Assembly (NCBI GenBank): GCA_038213805.1
Contig: JBBQSO010000078.1
Span: 1-25,322, forward strand
Direction: 5' to 3'
Source: Planctomycetota bacterium
GTDB lineage: Bacteria; Planctomycetota; UBA11346
DNA length: 25,322 bases
Both the position numbers and the translations under genes were made by a program. This document shows, piece by piece, positions 22,390 to 25,322 of the stretch. How positions within the stretch are numbered: position 1 is the stretch's first letter; each line of letters starts with the position of its first letter. The notes beneath the pieces are model-generated. The model made no database searches, had not been told where the DNA came from, and saw only the letters and a program-made list of their open reading frames with translations.

Positions 22390-24117
22390 ATGCCCCATCC
22401 GCCTTATCTGGCCTGGACATGCGCCTGGCTCCTGGCCGCATGTGTCTCTGACGTACCTGCGGCCGACCTGCTGCTGCGCGGCGCGCGGGTCTACGACGAG
22501 AGTGCCGGCGCCTGGCGCTTCCCCTGCGACGTCCTGGTGCTGGGCGACCGCATCGCAGCGCTCGGGCCCGATCTGGTGCCGCCCGCTGGCGCGCGCGTGC
22601 TGCAGGTGCCCGGCACGTGGATCGTTCCCGGACTGATCGACGCGCACATCCACTTCGGGCAGTCAGGAGGCCTCTACACGCGGCCCGACGGTCTCGACCT
22701 CACCGCTGTGCGCCCCTACCCCGAGGAGCAGCGCCGCCTGCGCGCCGGCTGGGATGCGACCCTGCGCCGCTACCTGCGTTGCGGCATCACCACCGTGCAG
22801 GACGTCGGCGGGCCAATGTGGAATCTCGAAGTGCGCGCCCACGCCGCGGCCTCGCCGTGCGCGCCGCGCGTGCTGGTCGCCGGGCCGCTGCTGTCGTCGT
22901 GGCTGCCGCCGCGCCTGGTCTGCGACGACCCGCCCATCCTGCGCGTCTCCGACGCGGCCGCGGCGGTCGCCCAGGTCGATGCCCAAGCCGATGCCGGCGT
23001 CGACCTGATCAAGATCTGGTGGATCGTGCATGGCCAGGGTCCCGAGCCCTTCGCTGAAATCGCGCGCGCCATCGTCGCGGCCGCGCACCGCCGCCACCTG
23101 CGCGTCGCGGTGCACGCCACCGAGCTGGCCACCGCCAAGGCCGCTCTGGCCTGCGGCTGCGACCTGCTGGTGCACAGCGTCGAAGACCGCGACCTCGACG
23201 ACGCCTTCATTTCCGAACTGATCGCCAAGCGCATCCCGCTGATCCCTACACTGGTGGTCGGCCGCGACTACGCGCGCGCCTACAGTGGGCACTTCGCGCC
23301 GCTGCCCGAAGAGGCCCAACTTGCCGACCCTGATGCGCTCGGCAGCCTCTACGACGCCTGGCACCTGCCGCCGGAGCTGATTCCGCCCGGTCTGCGCGCG
23401 CGCATGGCCGCGCCGCTGACCATCGCCGATGATGCGCAACAGGCCGCAAATCTGTTGCGCCTGGTGCACGCCGGCGCGGTCATCGCGCTCGGCACCGACG
23501 CCGGCAACGTCGGCACGCTGCCCGGACCCGCGGTCTTCCGCGAACTCGCCGCCATGGCCCGCGCCGGCCTGACCCCGCGCCAGATCCTGCGTGCCGCCAC
23601 CGTCGATGGCGGTGCGGCGCTCGGCCGCCCCGAGCTCGGCCACCTCGCGCCCGGCGCCCCCGCCGACTTGCTGGTGCTGGACGCCGACCCGCTCGCGGAC
23701 AGCGCCAACCTCGCGCGCCTGCATCTCGTGGTCGCTGCCGGCCGGCCCTTCCTGCCCCGCGAGATCATCACCGATGATCCGGTGGCGGTGGCGCAGCGCG
23801 TGCTCAATGCGCTCAATGCCGGTGATTCCGCGGCGCTGATGGCGCTGTGCGCGCCGCAGATGTCGGTGGTCGCGGGAGGAGCGCCCGCACGTGACGTGGC
23901 GCACGCAGAGCTGGCGGAGCGGCTGCGCAGCGCGCTACCGTGGGCGCCGCGCTTCCACTGCGAGTTGCGCGCACGCCATGTGGAGGGGACGACGGCGCAC
24001 TGCGAGGTCCGCGTCAGCGAGGTGCGCGCGGGCAGCGCGGTTTCCGGCGTGCTCACCTGCCGGCTCGATGGCGAGGGGCTGGGGCTGATCGGCTGGGAGG
24101 AAGGTCTCGCGAAATGA
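22390..24117 (+). CDS. Exported metal-dependent amidohydrolase with C-terminal SnoaL/NTF2-like domain
   Basis: PGLIDAHIH, GITTVQD, IKIW (Lys), VAVHA, LVHS, GTDAGN, GAPADLLVLDADP. Tail DPVAVAQRVLNALNAGDSAALMAL is SnoaL-like. Hydrophobic N-terminus ends LLAAC. Confidence 0.88.
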   Translation: MPHPPYLAWTCAWLLAACVSDVPAADLLLRGARVYDESAGAWRFPCDVLVLGDRIAALGPDLVPPAGARVLQVPGTWIVPGLIDAHIHFGQSGGLYTRPDGLDLTAVRPYPEEQRRLRAGWDATLRRYLRCGITTVQDVGGPMWNLEVRAHAAASPCAPRVLVAGPLLSSWLPPRLVCDDPPILRVSDAAAAVAQVDAQADAGVDLIKIWWIVHGQGPEPFAEIARAIVAAAHRRHLRVAVHATELATAKAALACGCDLLVHSVEDRDLDDAFISELIAKRIPLIPTLVVGRDYARAYSGHFAPLPEEAQLADPDALGSLYDAWHLPPELIPPGLRARMAAPLTIADDAQQAANLLRLVHAGAVIALGTDAGNVGTLPGPAVFRELAAMARAGLTPRQILRAATVDGGAALGRPELGHLAPGAPADLLVLDADPLADSANLARLHLVVAAGRPFLPREIITDDPVAVAQRVLNALNAGDSAALMALCAPQMSVVAGGAPARDVAHAELAERLRSALPWAPRFHCELRARHVEGTTAHCEVRVSEVRAGSAVSGVLTCRLDGEGLGLIGWEEGLAK

Positions 24118-24135
24118 TGCGGGGAGTCGGGCGTT

Positions 24136-24160
24136 GCGAGATGCGGGACGCCGCTCTCGC
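24136..24160. terminator. Hairpin between convergent genes
   Basis: GCGAGA(T)GCGG-GACG-CCGCTCTCGC; no clear U-tract. Confidence 0.4.
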
Positions 24161-24162
24161 GT

Positions 24163-24627
24163 CTAGGTCAGCTCCACCTTGAACACCACCTTGCGGAACT
24201 CCGTCGGCCCATGGCTGCCATCGCAGCACGGCTTGTGCGCATCCTCGGGCCAGAAGATCGCGAACTCGTCGGGCCGTACGTGCAGCCGCGTCGGTGCGTG
24301 TGTCGGCGCGTGGTAGAAGGCGATGTCGCCGTCCACGGCGAAGTCGTCGGACACGGTGAGCCCCGTCAGCGGCGTCCACTCCATGACCTCGCCACCGCGC
24401 AGGTTGACCTGGATGTCGATGTAACGGCGGTGCGACTCGAAGCGCTTGGTCGCGGCTGGGCCGGTGTGGCCGCTGTCGAGGATCGCGAACAGTGCCTCGC
24501 CTTGGATGACATGGCGGCCATCCGGCCGCGCGCGATTGGCCGGATCGGTCACCCAGGCGAATGCTGCGGCGAAGCGCGGGTGCAGGGGCTGGTAGCGGAC
24601 CGCGTTGACGAGCTGGTCGTGGATCAC
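24163..24627 (-). CDS. YhcH/YjgK/YiaL family protein
   Basis: FESHRRYIDIQ, GGEVM, DIAFY, FAIFWPEDAHKP, RKVVFKV. Confidence 0.92.
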   Translation of the reverse strand: MIHDQLVNAVRYQPLHPRFAAAFAWVTDPANRARPDGRHVIQGEALFAILDSGHTGPAATKRFESHRRYIDIQVNLRGGEVMEWTPLTGLTVSDDFAVDGDIAFYHAPTHAPTRLHVRPDEFAIFWPEDAHKPCCDGSHGPTEFRKVVFKVELT

Positions 24628-24634
24628 GGGCCGC

Positions 24635-24898
24635 TCAAGCGGCCGGCGCGCGGCGCGCCGCGATGTGCTCGCTGAGCGCGGCGAGGCTGGCGAAGGCTTC
24701 GCGGTGGGTCTCCAGCTCCTGCGCCTTCACACCGTAGTGGCGCTCGACCAGCACTGCGATCTCAAGCGCGTCGATGGAGTCGAGGCCAAGACCGCCGGCA
24801 AAGAGTGGTTTCTGCGGGTCGATGTCATCCGGGGTCAGGCCCTCGAGATTGAGGCCGCTGATGAGCAGGGTCGCGAGTTCGCGCTGAGCTTGGTCCAT
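24635..24898 (-). CDS. Acyl carrier protein (aryl-polyene/flexirubin-cluster type)
   Basis: LNLEGLTPDDID...PLFAGGLGLDSIDALE (phosphopantetheine Ser), YGVK, AFASLAAL. Confidence 0.92.
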   Translation of the reverse strand: MDQAQRELATLLISGLNLEGLTPDDIDPQKPLFAGGLGLDSIDALEIAVLVERHYGVKAQELETHREAFASLAALSEHIAARRAPAA

Positions 24899-24904
24899 CC
24901 GCGC

Positions 24905-24910
24905 AGGTTA
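24905..24910 (-). promoter_or_regulatory. Putative -10 box (TAACCT) of a leaderless ACP transcript
   Basis: TAACCT 6 nt before ATG 24898; TTGCCC lies 15 nt further upstream; no SD. Confidence 0.4.
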
Positions 24911-25008
24911 GGACCCAGTGCCCCAGGGCAAGACTTCCTGCGGCCACTGCAGGCATAAGCGGGGAAACGGTCGCGGTGCGCGCGTTATTCCGCTGCATAT
25001 TGCATGGT

Positions 25009-25320
25009 TCACTCCGTCTGCCAGAGCTCCGCGCGCGCGCTCAGGGTGCCATCGGCCTCGATCCACCCGACCAGCAGCCGAGCGCAGTCCCAGGCAAGCA
25101 GATCGTCGCATACCGCTTGCTGCTGCGCCGCATCCGCGCCCAGCACCGCCAGGCCTGGCCCATCCAATCCCAGGCGGATGCTGGCCTCGCCGATCGGCGC
25201 GGTCGGCAGGGTGTAGGGGAAGCGCTGCGGATCGCAGACGCCGGCGCGGCGCTGGCGTTCAAAGTCGCGGTCGGTGGCGGCGCAGCCGCTGGTGGTGAAA
25301 AGCACGATGCCGGTGCCGGA
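25009..25320 (-). CDS. Beta-ketoacyl synthase N-terminal-like / chain-length-factor-like protein, C-terminal part (gene begins beyond the right edge)
   Basis: GIVLFTTSGC..TD..F...DPQRFPYTLPTAPIGEASIRLGLDGP...LLVGWIE resembles the P-x-x-F-x-Y-T-L-P-x-x-x-x-G-E-x-x-I segment of KS/CLF-like proteins; adjacent to an ACP. Confidence 0.7.
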   Translation of the reverse strand, partial: SGTGIVLFTTSGCAATDRDFERQRRAGVCDPQRFPYTLPTAPIGEASIRLGLDGPGLAVLGADAAQQQAVCDDLLAWDCARLLVGWIEADGTLSARAELWQTE

Positions 25321-25322
25321 AG

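Overview
High-GC bacterial chromosomal segment, probably from a Planctomycetota-like organism. This is inferred from the PRYLVxF N-terminal extension of NadB, a DQDGNG-type pilin-like domain and an FHA/GYF-like protein. The left arm (minus strand) carries two lipoproteins, a large secreted protein with a pilin-like C-terminus, argC bracketed by two related 8-nt-periodic inverted-repeat elements, an lptD-like / hypothetical / squalene-synthase operon and an FHA protein. The centre (plus strand) carries a small hypothetical, mtnA with a histone-H1-like N-terminal extension, arfB, corA, an alkaline-phosphatase-superfamily protein, an orphan murD, nadB, a Rieske ferredoxin and tRNA-Thr(CGT). Downstream of the tRNA is the most interesting module, a tightly coupled minus-strand operon: MocD-like di-iron oxygenase, MetX/MekB-like alpha/beta hydrolase and GlnT/GmaS-type glutamate-amine ligase. 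It has a candidate sigma54 promoter, a long structured 5' leader and a divergent exported amidohydrolase, and may be an undescribed amine/amide nitrogen-scavenging pathway. The right end holds yhcH, an ACP and a partial ketosynthase-like gene (aryl-polyene/flexirubin-like). All calls come from reading motifs by eye; no searches were run.
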